Source of the DNA: Bacteroidota bacterium
GTDB taxonomy: Bacteria; Bacteroidota; Bacteroidia; NS11-12g; UBA955
Assembly (NCBI GenBank): GCA_030830065.1
Contig: JAURNR010000015.1
Location: forward strand, 10,135 to 74,134
Length of the DNA: 64,000 nt
Direction: 5' to 3'
Below, in pieces: positions 1 through 8,781 of this stretch; within the stretch, counting starts at the first letter, position 1, and each line of letters opens with the position of its first letter. The translations under genes and the position numbers were made by a program. The notes below the pieces were generated by a model. That model worked only from the letters and a program-made list of their open reading frames with translations. It ran no database searches and was not told the origin of the DNA.

Positions 1-1115
1 TTCCAGGCAGATTCTTGATCCTTGTACCTTTCTCGAATACAATTTCCATTTCTAGAAAAATAGGTAACACAAAAGAGAAAAGTAGACTAAGAGATATTGC
101 GCAGAGTATAAAACCTAAAAATTTTGGAGTGATAATTCGAACCGTTGCAGAGGGTATTGAATTAGAAGAATTAGACAAAGACCTCCGCGATTTACTCAAA
201 AAATGGGATGATATTATTATTGGCTTAAAACGCGCGAAGGTTGGTGATAGAATTACTGAAAATGAAAATCGCTTAGAAACCTTAATTAGGGATATTTTAA
301 ATCCAAGTTTCTCATTAATTGCAACCGATGATTCCCAGCTTCATGCTACATTAAAATCAACTATTGAGAGATACAAGCTAAACCCATCAATGCTCAGACA
401 TTATCAGGGTAAAACTCCAATTTTTGACCAATATGGGGTTAATCAACAAATAAAAAGTTCATTTGGAAAGAATGTTCCTTTTTCTGGCGGAGCTTATTTG
501 ATTATAGAGCATACTGAAGCATTACACGTTATTGATGTAAATAGTGGAAATACTTCCTTCGACCCTCAGAATCGGGAAGAAAACGTATTTAAAATAAATT
601 CTGAAGCGGTAAATGAAATTGCCCGACAGGTAAGATTAAGAGACATGGGAGGTATAATAGTAGTTGACTTCATAGACATGAAGGATCCGAAGAAAAAATC
701 TGCCCTACATCAGCTTTTAAAAGAAGCAATGTCTACCGATCGCGCAAGGCACACAATTTTACCAATAACCAAATTTGGTTTAGTTCAGATTACTCGTGAG
801 CGAGTTAGGCCTCAATTAGAAATTGCGAATACGGAATTATGTAGTACTTGCATGGGTACAGGGAAATCTGTAGGTACAGTTCAACTAATTGATAAAATCA
901 TTAACGAGATTTTTTATCTCTGGGATAATATGAACCAGAAAAATCTTACACTAAAAGCTAACCCTCTAATAATTAATTACTTTAAAACAGGATTCCCGAG
1001 TTTAAGACTAAAATGGTGGTTAAAACATCAAAGGTGGCTCGCATTGGATATAGACCAAAACACTTCACTGACTTCCTACGAATTCATTAACGGAGACAAG
1101 CAAGTAATTTCATAA
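1..1115 (+). CDS. rng: Ribonuclease E/G family protein (5'-truncated by the window edge)
   Basis: Motifs IIRTVAEG, HVIDVNSG, EIARQVRLRDMGGIIVVDFIDM, FGLVQITRER and the CxxCxGxG Zn-link. The frame is open back to position 3 (PGRFLILVPFS). Confidence 0.93.
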   Translation, partial: PGRFLILVPFSNTISISRKIGNTKEKSRLRDIAQSIKPKNFGVIIRTVAEGIELEELDKDLRDLLKKWDDIIIGLKRAKVGDRITENENRLETLIRDILNPSFSLIATDDSQLHATLKSTIERYKLNPSMLRHYQGKTPIFDQYGVNQQIKSSFGKNVPFSGGAYLIIEHTEALHVIDVNSGNTSFDPQNREENVFKINSEAVNEIARQVRLRDMGGIIVVDFIDMKDPKKKSALHQLLKEAMSTDRARHTILPITKFGLVQITRERVRPQLEIANTELCSTCMGTGKSVGTVQLIDKIINEIFYLWDNMNQKNLTLKANPLIINYFKTGFPSLRLKWWLKHQRWLALDIDQNTSLTSYEFINGDKQVIS

Positions 1116-1147
1116 AAAAAGCCCTCCGAAGAACGGAGAGCCTTTTT
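1114..1147. terminator. Bidirectional intrinsic terminator between convergent RNase E/G and rhodopsin genes
   Basis: AAAAAAA-GCCCTCCG-aagaa-CGGAGAGCC-TTTTT: imperfect GC stem flanked by A and T tracts. Confidence 0.7.
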
Positions 1148-1165
1148 AGTTATGGAAATTTAGTT

Positions 1166-1909
1166 TTATTTCTCTTTTTGAGTTAGTGCATAAATCACCA
1201 ATCCAAATCCAATTTTGTTCACAGCATCACCGATGTTGTAAATTACATCCATTAACTGATGTCTAGACGCTACAACATCCTGTGTTAAGCCTTCTGTTCC
1301 TGTACCTGCGATATTAAATAAGCCACCAGGGGTTCCTAAGATATATCCCAACGGATAAATCGCCCAGCCCACCAATACAAACCAAGCCAATATTTTAACT
1401 GCTTTTTGTACGTTTTCTCCCGCATCTTTAGCTAACTGAGCCACTTCTCCGGACCATACTAAATATACAATGTAGAAATATGCTAATCCCGAAAGAATAC
1501 CCCAAAGGACAGAAGATTCAGGTTGTATTATTTCACCAAAGTAACCTGTAACAAGCATAATTACCGAGGCCAGGATTAATTTCCATAGAAGACCTAGTTT
1601 TGCACCTGCTTTTTTCGTGATTAAATAAAACTCTACACACATCAATGGAACAGTAAGCATCCAATCAACATAACGGAAAAATGTTGGGCTCGAATGATAA
1701 TCATTGTAATAATCTCGCATGTAGTAATAATGCACAGCAGCAATAAAAGTGATTAATCCTGAAACAAGTAACGACGTTCTCCATTTTTCAGGAACATTTC
1801 TCATTTCAAAAAAGAAGAAGACCGATGCGGCCATCATGGCCATTGTACCAACAAAAAATGTAAACGACGTCACATCAATCGTCGGAGCTGAAGCTAATAA
1901 ATTTATCAT
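1166..1909 (-). CDS. Proteorhodopsin (DTE proton pump, Met at the spectral tuning site, fenestrated type)
   Basis: Seven hydrophobic segments. Helix C RYVDWMLTVPLMCVEF gives R79, D82, T86, M90, E93. H60 lies in AVHYYYM, helix G DAVNKIGFG gives D228 and retinal-binding K232, and GWAIYPLGY is present. Confidence 0.96.
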   Translation of the reverse strand: MINLLASAPTIDVTSFTFFVGTMAMMAASVFFFFEMRNVPEKWRTSLLVSGLITFIAAVHYYYMRDYYNDYHSSPTFFRYVDWMLTVPLMCVEFYLITKKAGAKLGLLWKLILASVIMLVTGYFGEIIQPESSVLWGILSGLAYFYIVYLVWSGEVAQLAKDAGENVQKAVKILAWFVLVGWAIYPLGYILGTPGGLFNIAGTGTEGLTQDVVASRHQLMDVIYNIGDAVNKIGFGLVIYALTQKEK

Positions 1910-1927
1910 AATAATTTTGTTTAGTTG

Positions 1928-2023
1928 TTGACAATGAATAACAAAGGAGTTTACAAAAGGTTTTTGTATTCTTAATTATTTACATTGATTTACACGTACT
2001 TACAACATGTAAAGTCTTGTATT
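1928..2023. promoter_or_regulatory. Candidate operator array in the rhodopsin / TonB-receptor divergent region
   Basis: Inverted repeat TACAAAA-ggt-TTTTGTA (1952-1968). TACA at 1981, 1991 and 2001 and TGTA at 2008 and 2018 (10-bp period). Confidence 0.4.
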
Positions 2024-2165
2024 TACTAATATTTTTTAATTTGTTGAATTATTTAATTAAACATTTTTTTCTGATTTACTGAGTATTACCAATTTTCAAA
2101 TTCTTAAAATATTCAATTCTCTACACGAAAAATTGTATTCCTTATTCAAACCTATATTCGCACAT

Positions 2166-4640
2166 ATGACACGGATAATCCAACTGATTGTGTTTTATTC
2201 AATACTTCTAACAGTAAATTTACTTAGTGCACAAAAGCAATTTATACGTATTGAAATTATTGATAAAGAATCGCAGATGCCAATAACGGGTTCCGAAGTG
2301 ATACTTAAAAATAACTTCGGCCCAATCTTGAAGCAAAACAAGATTGATAAAGGACAATATTCAATCGAAGCCCCTTTGGGACGCTATAACCTAAGTATTA
2401 TTTCTGAAGGTTATCAAACAATTCAACAAAATGGCATTCTCATAAATTCCGGAAAGGAAGTAATCCTTAGAATAGAAATGGAGCAGGATATTACTAAAAT
2501 CAACCAAATCACCATTCATAGTAATTCCTCATCAGATAATCCAAACAATGACGGAGCATTAGTTTCTGCAAGACTGTTTACCGTAGATGAAACGGATAGA
2601 TTTGCGGGTAGCCGCGGTGACCCAGCAAGAATGGCATCAAATTTTGCCGGTGTTCAAGGCGCAGATGATTCCAGAAATGATATTGTTGTAAGGGGAAACT
2701 CTCCCGCCGGGATATTGTGGAGAATAGAAGGGATTGATATTCCAAATCCAAACCATTTTGCTATTCCAGGTACTACTGGTGGTTCTGTCTCAATAATAAA
2801 CAACAAGATATTAGCTAATAGTGACTTTTTTACGGGTGCATTCCCAGCAGAATATGGCAACGGAATTGCAGGAGCTTTTGATCTAAAACTCAGGAAGGGA
2901 AATTCCAATAAAAATGAAGTTTCTTCACAGCTTGGAATACTTGGTTGGGACATCCTAACTGAGGGTCCCTTGAACAAAAACGGAGCTTCCTATCTATTGA
3001 CCTACCGATATTCTACTCTATCGATGTTTAATGCTCTTAATATTCCTATTGGCACCGATGCTATCCCCCAATATCAAGATGCGTCCTTTAATTTAAATTT
3101 CCCTCTAAAGAAAAATGCACAGCTTAAATTCTTTGGGCTAGGTGGTAAAAGTAATATTGATATAATGATATCGGATAAAACTGAATCAACCCGAAACTTA
3201 TATGGAGATAATGACCGAGATCAATTTTTTGGTTCTAAAATGTACGTTTGGGGTTGTAGTTATACAAAACCTATCAATAAAAATTCTTACATCAAGGGTA
3301 TAGTAAGTTTCAATTCCCAAGAAGTACAAGCTGATCATCAATTGGTACACCGCAAGGTGATTGACACGTTTGAAAAGGACGGTGAAATATATAATAGGTT
3401 TGAGATAGATAGTATCATACCGAATTTACATTACCGCTTTCTTAACCAAAGTATTGGGGTACATTTATTTATTAACACACGATTATCTCCAGTAAACACT
3501 TTAAAATACGGATTACAGTATCGTCATTATTTTTATAATTTTTTTGATAGCAACCTTAATATAAATCCAACATTACCAAACCTTGGTGGTTGGGATATTA
3601 GATGGAATGCAATTGGCAGTGGCGACATGATTATTCCCTATGCTCAATTAAAGACTCGTTGGAATAAGAGACTTACCACAGTAACCGGAGTTCAATCACA
3701 ATATTTTGGTATCAAGTATAACCCACAACTCCAACTAAGTGGTACACAAACTGAATCCCATTCAGATATAGTATGGTTCTTACCAAGATTTTCGGCCGAA
3801 TATCGGTTAGATACCAAAAACACATTGAATTTTGGAATGGGACTACATGCACAAAATCAATCTGAATATATTTATTTCTACAATATTCCCGGACAACCCC
3901 AACCTCATAATTTAGGTATGGGCCTTACTAGAAGTGCCCATTATATTCTAGGATGGAACTACAACTTCATGCCTGGCAGTAGAATTAAAATGGAAACTTA
4001 TTATCAAAACCTTTGGAATATTCCGATTGAGGTCCAATCATCCTCATTCAGCCTCGCAAATACTGGTTCTGGTTTTAGCAGATTTTTCCCTAACAAATTG
4101 ATTAATAACGGAATTGGACGTAATTATGGGTTAGAACTAACTCTTGAACGTTTTTTCAGTAAAGGATTTTATTATCTTTTTTCGGGAAGTTTATTCAAAG
4201 CCGAATACCAGGGCAGTGATGGAATTTGGAGAAATTCAGACTTTAACACAGATTATGCTGTTAATGCCCTTTTTGCCAAAGAGTTTAAAATCAGGAGTAA
4301 AAATGTCTTAAATATTGGCGGTAAAGCAACTTTTGCTGGGGCTAGACGCTTTTCACCTATCGATTCAGTTAAATCAGTGAATGCCAGAGAATATATTGAA
4401 CTTGATGCCGCAAAAAATACAGAGCGATTTGATCAACCATATATGCGTTTTGACATTAGAATTGCCTACCGAATTAACGCTAAAAAAAGCTCGCATGAAA
4501 TCGCTTTTGATTTGGTAAACTTCACAAATAATAAAAATATCTTAAATTATACTTTTATAAACGAACCTCCATACAAGCGTATCGCATACCAATTAGGATT
4601 TCTACCACTATTCTATTATCGGATTGATTTCTCATTATAA
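2166..4640 (+). CDS. TonB-dependent receptor with N-terminal carboxypeptidase-regulatory-like domain
   Basis: Signal peptide, plug-region motifs DPARMASNFAGV, RNDIVVRGNSP, IPNPNHF and FFTGAFPAEYG, and a beta-barrel end (FYYRIDF). ATG 2166 is preferred over the ORF-track start 2133. Confidence 0.88.
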   Translation: MTRIIQLIVFYSILLTVNLLSAQKQFIRIEIIDKESQMPITGSEVILKNNFGPILKQNKIDKGQYSIEAPLGRYNLSIISEGYQTIQQNGILINSGKEVILRIEMEQDITKINQITIHSNSSSDNPNNDGALVSARLFTVDETDRFAGSRGDPARMASNFAGVQGADDSRNDIVVRGNSPAGILWRIEGIDIPNPNHFAIPGTTGGSVSIINNKILANSDFFTGAFPAEYGNGIAGAFDLKLRKGNSNKNEVSSQLGILGWDILTEGPLNKNGASYLLTYRYSTLSMFNALNIPIGTDAIPQYQDASFNLNFPLKKNAQLKFFGLGGKSNIDIMISDKTESTRNLYGDNDRDQFFGSKMYVWGCSYTKPINKNSYIKGIVSFNSQEVQADHQLVHRKVIDTFEKDGEIYNRFEIDSIIPNLHYRFLNQSIGVHLFINTRLSPVNTLKYGLQYRHYFYNFFDSNLNINPTLPNLGGWDIRWNAIGSGDMIIPYAQLKTRWNKRLTTVTGVQSQYFGIKYNPQLQLSGTQTESHSDIVWFLPRFSAEYRLDTKNTLNFGMGLHAQNQSEYIYFYNIPGQPQPHNLGMGLTRSAHYILGWNYNFMPGSRIKMETYYQNLWNIPIEVQSSSFSLANTGSGFSRFFPNKLINNGIGRNYGLELTLERFFSKGFYYLFSGSLFKAEYQGSDGIWRNSDFNTDYAVNALFAKEFKIRSKNVLNIGGKATFAGARRFSPIDSVKSVNAREYIELDAAKNTERFDQPYMRFDIRIAYRINAKKSSHEIAFDLVNFTNNKNILNYTFINEPPYKRIAYQLGFLPLFYYRIDFSL

Positions 4641-4719
4641 ATAGGTAATTGTCCTAACCAATATACATGTGTACAACCACTTTTTGCTCCAAATAAGTGG
4701 AATATTAAATTCGTATGAT

Positions 4720-5688
4720 ATGAATAAACTGTGGTTGTTGTTACTATCCGGGATAACGATGTTTTCTTGTGTAAGTAAAAAGGAATATCAAGCACTCAAG
4801 AAAGAGCGTGATTCAATTTCTCACGTTTGTATGCTTGAGCGTCGTGCAGAAATAAAATATCGAGATTCAATACTAAGAGAAGTGAAAAAGGTTGAGATTG
4901 AAATGGATAAACAGAGACTAATTGCGAGCGCACTTAGAGACAGTTTACAAATTTGTCATAACAATCTTGAAGAAAATAAATTATATCTTGAAAATCTAGG
5001 AGAGAATTTAACTGAAAAACAAAAGCAAATAGCCCAGGAAATAGCTGCAAAAAATAAAGCGATTGCCGCAAAAGAGTTAGAGCTAAACGATGCCCTCGCG
5101 GAAGCAGAAAAAGAACGAATACGTCTTGTTAAACTTAGAGAGGAGCTCGAATTAATAAGTCAACGTGTTAAAGATTTAGAAGCTGAGTTACGCAGAAAAG
5201 ATAGCGCAGTTATTCTGTTAAAAGAGGCAATCATGAATGCGCTAGCAGGTTTTGAAGATTTAGATATTAAAGTTGAATATAAAAATGGAAAAGTATACGT
5301 AATCTTACCAGAAAAATTATTATTCAAAAGTGGAAGTACCTCTGTTGATCCTAAAGGAGTTGAGGCATTGCTGAAGATTTCAAAAGCACTGAAAGAAAAA
5401 AACGATGTACAAATTGGTGTTGAAGGACACACGGACAATATCCCGCTGAAGGAAAGTGATAGAATGAAGGACAACTGGGATTTAAGTGTTCTAAGGGCAA
5501 CCAGTATATCTAGAATTCTAATTGAAAAAGGTGGCATATCCGACGAACGAATTACCGCTATGGGAAGAGGTGCAACCATGCCAGTGGCCGACAACGGAAC
5601 TCCCGAGGGAAGAGCAAAAAACCGTCGTACAGAAATAATCTTAACGCCTCAGTTAGATAAAATTCTTGAGATTTTGAATTCTAATTAG
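4720..5688 (+). CDS. OmpA/MotB-like peptidoglycan-binding lipoprotein with long coiled coil
   Basis: Lipobox FSC, a heptad-rich middle region, and the C-terminal OmpA-like motifs LLFKSGS, VEGHTDN, NWDLSVLRA and GRAKNRRTEI. Confidence 0.88.
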   Translation: MNKLWLLLLSGITMFSCVSKKEYQALKKERDSISHVCMLERRAEIKYRDSILREVKKVEIEMDKQRLIASALRDSLQICHNNLEENKLYLENLGENLTEKQKQIAQEIAAKNKAIAAKELELNDALAEAEKERIRLVKLREELELISQRVKDLEAELRRKDSAVILLKEAIMNALAGFEDLDIKVEYKNGKVYVILPEKLLFKSGSTSVDPKGVEALLKISKALKEKNDVQIGVEGHTDNIPLKESDRMKDNWDLSVLRATSISRILIEKGGISDERITAMGRGATMPVADNGTPEGRAKNRRTEIILTPQLDKILEILNSN

Positions 5689-5689
5689 G

Positions 5690-6151
5690 TTGGGGATCCG
5701 AATAGCATACATCGAAAATCAAAAAAATGCTGCAATTGATGCATTGTGCGCAGATTATATAAAAAAAACAAAAGGAATTTTCTCTTTTCAATTGATTAAA
5801 CTCCCTGCTGCAAAACAGTCTGACCCAGATAAACAAAGGGAAATTGAAACTGCAAGTTTTATTAAAACTGCCAGAGAGCAGGATCAGATTATATTGCTCG
5901 ATGAAAAAGGAAAACAAACTTCATCGGTTGAGTTTTCACAATACCTAGAAAAAATTCTTGCTAATTCACGAGGAGATTTTATATTCTGTATTGGCGGAGC
6001 TTATGGTTTTAATGATGAAGCAAAATTTAAGTATCCAAGTTTTAGAATGAGTAACTGGGTATTCCCACATCAAATAGCACGTTTAATTTTGTGCGAACAG
6101 ATTTATCGAGCATTCCAAATATCTCAAGGGGGGAAATATCATCATTTTTAA
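5690..6151 (+). CDS. rlmH: 23S rRNA (pseudouridine1915-N3)-methyltransferase
   Basis: LLDEKGKQTSSVEFS, FCIGGAYGF and HQIARLILCEQIYRA...GGKYHH; 153 aa, SPOUT-family size. Confidence 0.92.
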   Translation: MGIRIAYIENQKNAAIDALCADYIKKTKGIFSFQLIKLPAAKQSDPDKQREIETASFIKTAREQDQIILLDEKGKQTSSVEFSQYLEKILANSRGDFIFCIGGAYGFNDEAKFKYPSFRMSNWVFPHQIARLILCEQIYRAFQISQGGKYHHF

Positions 6152-6197
6152 TACTTTACCTACATAATTTTTTATTGAATCATATCTTTGTAGTAGA

Positions 6198-8069
6198 ATG
6201 AATATTGAGACATTATTAGTGGAAGAAATTTCACAAACCCTTCACCATTTATATGGAGAAATTATTGGCTTGAAGGTTTCTTTGGAAAAAACTAAACCCA
6301 CCTTTAACGGGGATTTCACTTTAGTTGTATTTCCTTTTGTCAGATATTCTAAATCATCGCCAGAGGAAACCGCAAAACAAATTGGTGAAGTTCTTTGTAA
6401 AAAGGAAGAAATCTTCTCATCATATAACGTTATTAAAGGGTTTCTAAATCTAAATATTTCAACCACTTTATGGCTCAATTATTTCAATCAATTCGAGGCT
6501 ACATCTACAGACACCTTGAAGGGTCAAAAAATAATGATTGAATATTCATCTCCCAACACAAACAAACCTTTACACCTTGGTCATATTCGCAATAACCTTT
6601 TGGGATATTCATTGTCGCAGATTATGAAGGCCAATGGTGCTGATGTAATTATGGCCAACCTAATAAATGACCGTGGAATCCATATATGTAAAAGCATGTT
6701 AGCATGGCAAAGGTTTGGAAATGGGGAAACACCAGAAAGTGCGGCTATTAAAGGCGACCATTTAGTTGGTAAATACTACGTGGTTTTTGAAAATAAACTT
6801 GTAGAAGCCACCTCTGAGGCCATTGAAAATGCCTACCATGGAAACTGGACTTCTGATGACAACACTATTAATGAGCGTTATCGGGATTTATTGACGCGAT
6901 TATCGGAGGCAGAAGAGGACAAGCAAATTTCAAAAATCAAGGGCTTGATTAAGGATCTTGTTCGAAACCAATCAGAATTAATGCAATCTTGCCAGGAGAT
7001 GCTAAGAAAGTGGGAAGCTGGAGATGAAGAAATACTTCAATTGTGGTCTACCATGAATTCTTGGGTTTATGATGGATTTGATTCTACATACAAAAATCTA
7101 GGGGTTTCATTCGATAAGTTTTACTATGAATCCAATACCTATACATTAGGAAAAGATATAGTTCAAGAAGGGTTGGCAAGCGATGTTTTCTTTATAAAGG
7201 AAGATAATTCTGTTTGGATTGATTTAAGTGATAAGGGACTAGATGAAAAATTAGTTCAGCGTGGTGATGGGACTTCAGTTTACATTACCCAAGACATGGG
7301 AACGGCGGAATTAAAATACAAAGATTTTCATATTGACCGAAGCATTTACGTAGTTGGAAATGAACAGGATTATCATTTTAAAGTATTATTCCTGATAATG
7401 AAAAAGCTAGGTAGACCTTATGCAGAAGGAATGTACCATGCAAGTTATGGGATGGTTGATTTACCTTCCGGAAAAATGAAAAGTCGCGAAGGCACTGTAG
7501 TGGATGCAGATGATTTATTACAGGAAATGTACAATACCTCAAAAGCTAAAACCGAGGAATTAGGAAAAACCCAAGGGATGGACGATTCTGAACTCGATAT
7601 TTTGTACAAACGACTTTCACTTGCGGCATTGAAATTCTTTATTCTCAAGGTAGACGCGAAGAAACGCATGTTGTTTAACCCAGAGGATAGCATTGATTTC
7701 CAAGGTGATACTGGCCCCTTTGCAATGTATACCTACGCTCGAATTAAAAGTATCCTAAGGCAACAGCAGGCTGAAAACTCTAGTTACAGCGATTTAGAGT
7801 TACATTCTACGGAAGTTGATGTAATCAAAACTCTTTCTGAATATTCTACGGTATTGAAGAACGCAGCAAATGAATACAATCCATCTGGTTTGTGTCAATA
7901 CATTTTAGATTTAGCCAAATCATTCAACCGTCTATACAACGAATTATCTATTTTAAAGGAGCCGGATTTACAAAAGAAAAATTTCCGCCTACAACTTGCT
8001 AAAAAAACTTCCGATACATTGTCCCACTCAATGGGATTATTAGGAATTGAAATGGTTGAGAGAATGTAG
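6198..8069 (+). CDS. argS: Arginine--tRNA ligase
   Basis: EYSSPNTNKPLHLGHIRN (HIGH-like), GKMKSREG (KMSKS-like), GDTGPFAMYTYARIKS and C-terminal LLGIEMVERM. Confidence 0.97.
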   Translation: MNIETLLVEEISQTLHHLYGEIIGLKVSLEKTKPTFNGDFTLVVFPFVRYSKSSPEETAKQIGEVLCKKEEIFSSYNVIKGFLNLNISTTLWLNYFNQFEATSTDTLKGQKIMIEYSSPNTNKPLHLGHIRNNLLGYSLSQIMKANGADVIMANLINDRGIHICKSMLAWQRFGNGETPESAAIKGDHLVGKYYVVFENKLVEATSEAIENAYHGNWTSDDNTINERYRDLLTRLSEAEEDKQISKIKGLIKDLVRNQSELMQSCQEMLRKWEAGDEEILQLWSTMNSWVYDGFDSTYKNLGVSFDKFYYESNTYTLGKDIVQEGLASDVFFIKEDNSVWIDLSDKGLDEKLVQRGDGTSVYITQDMGTAELKYKDFHIDRSIYVVGNEQDYHFKVLFLIMKKLGRPYAEGMYHASYGMVDLPSGKMKSREGTVVDADDLLQEMYNTSKAKTEELGKTQGMDDSELDILYKRLSLAALKFFILKVDAKKRMLFNPEDSIDFQGDTGPFAMYTYARIKSILRQQQAENSSYSDLELHSTEVDVIKTLSEYSTVLKNAANEYNPSGLCQYILDLAKSFNRLYNELSILKEPDLQKKNFRLQLAKKTSDTLSHSMGLLGIEMVERM

Positions 8070-8657
8070 TTATCCTCCTTTTAATCTGTCTGGATTTTCC
8101 TTTAAGAATTGTTCCCAGCCTGATTTTTTCTTTGCCGTGTTAGACCTACCTTGAGTGGTCCCAAAAGTACGGGGTTGGAATTGGTAAAGGTGACATAATG
8201 CAGCTGCTAATCCATCGGAAGCATCTAATGTCTCAGGCTTTGTTTCAAAATCAAACTGTGCTGTTAGCATAGATAATACTTGCTCTTTTGATGCATTTCC
8301 ATTACCACAAATTGACTGTTTTATTTTACGTGGAACATATTCATATACGGGAACTTTTTGAGAAATTGCCGCAGCAATCGCTACCCCTTGAGCTCTACCA
8401 AGCTTAAGCATACTTTGAACATTTTTCCCAAAAAATGGAGCTTCAATTGCTACTTCATGAACTTCAAACCCCTTAATTAGCCCAACTATTCGTTCATAAA
8501 TATGGTGTAGTTTCTCACCTGCGTCAGTTATTTTAGATAATCGAACCACTCCAAGAGTGAGCAAGCTAGGTTTCCCGTTTTGTATAGAAATAACCCCATA
8601 TCCAAGGAGGTTTGTTCCCGGGTCAATACCTAATATCACTCTATCTGTAGAAGACAT
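8070..8657 (-). CDS. ruvC: Crossover junction endodeoxyribonuclease RuvC
   Basis: ILGIDPGT, EAPFFGKNVQSMLKLGRAQG, KIKQSICGNGNASKEQV and DASDGLAAA. True start is likely ATG 8657 (ORF track extends to 8798). Confidence 0.96.
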   Translation of the reverse strand: MSSTDRVILGIDPGTNLLGYGVISIQNGKPSLLTLGVVRLSKITDAGEKLHHIYERIVGLIKGFEVHEVAIEAPFFGKNVQSMLKLGRAQGVAIAAAISQKVPVYEYVPRKIKQSICGNGNASKEQVLSMLTAQFDFETKPETLDASDGLAAALCHLYQFQPRTFGTTQGRSNTAKKKSGWEQFLKENPDRLKGG

Positions 8658-8781
8658 GTTGCGAAGATACACATTCTTAATGCATCTAAATATTGCAGTA
8701 TCAAAACAAATACAATGGATTTCGTATTGCCTATCGTTTAAAAAATAACGACCTTTGCAGCGATTTAATTCAATAAAAATT

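Noticed and set aside
1166-1909. Na+ (NDQ) or Cl- (NTQ) pumping rhodopsin
   Set aside because: The helix C motif is D82-T86-E93 with His60, indicating a proton pump.
4720-5688. Flagellar MotB implying flagella
   Set aside because: It is a lipoprotein without the MotB transmembrane Asp motif and there is no motA. This OmpA-like family is common in non-flagellated Bacteroidota.
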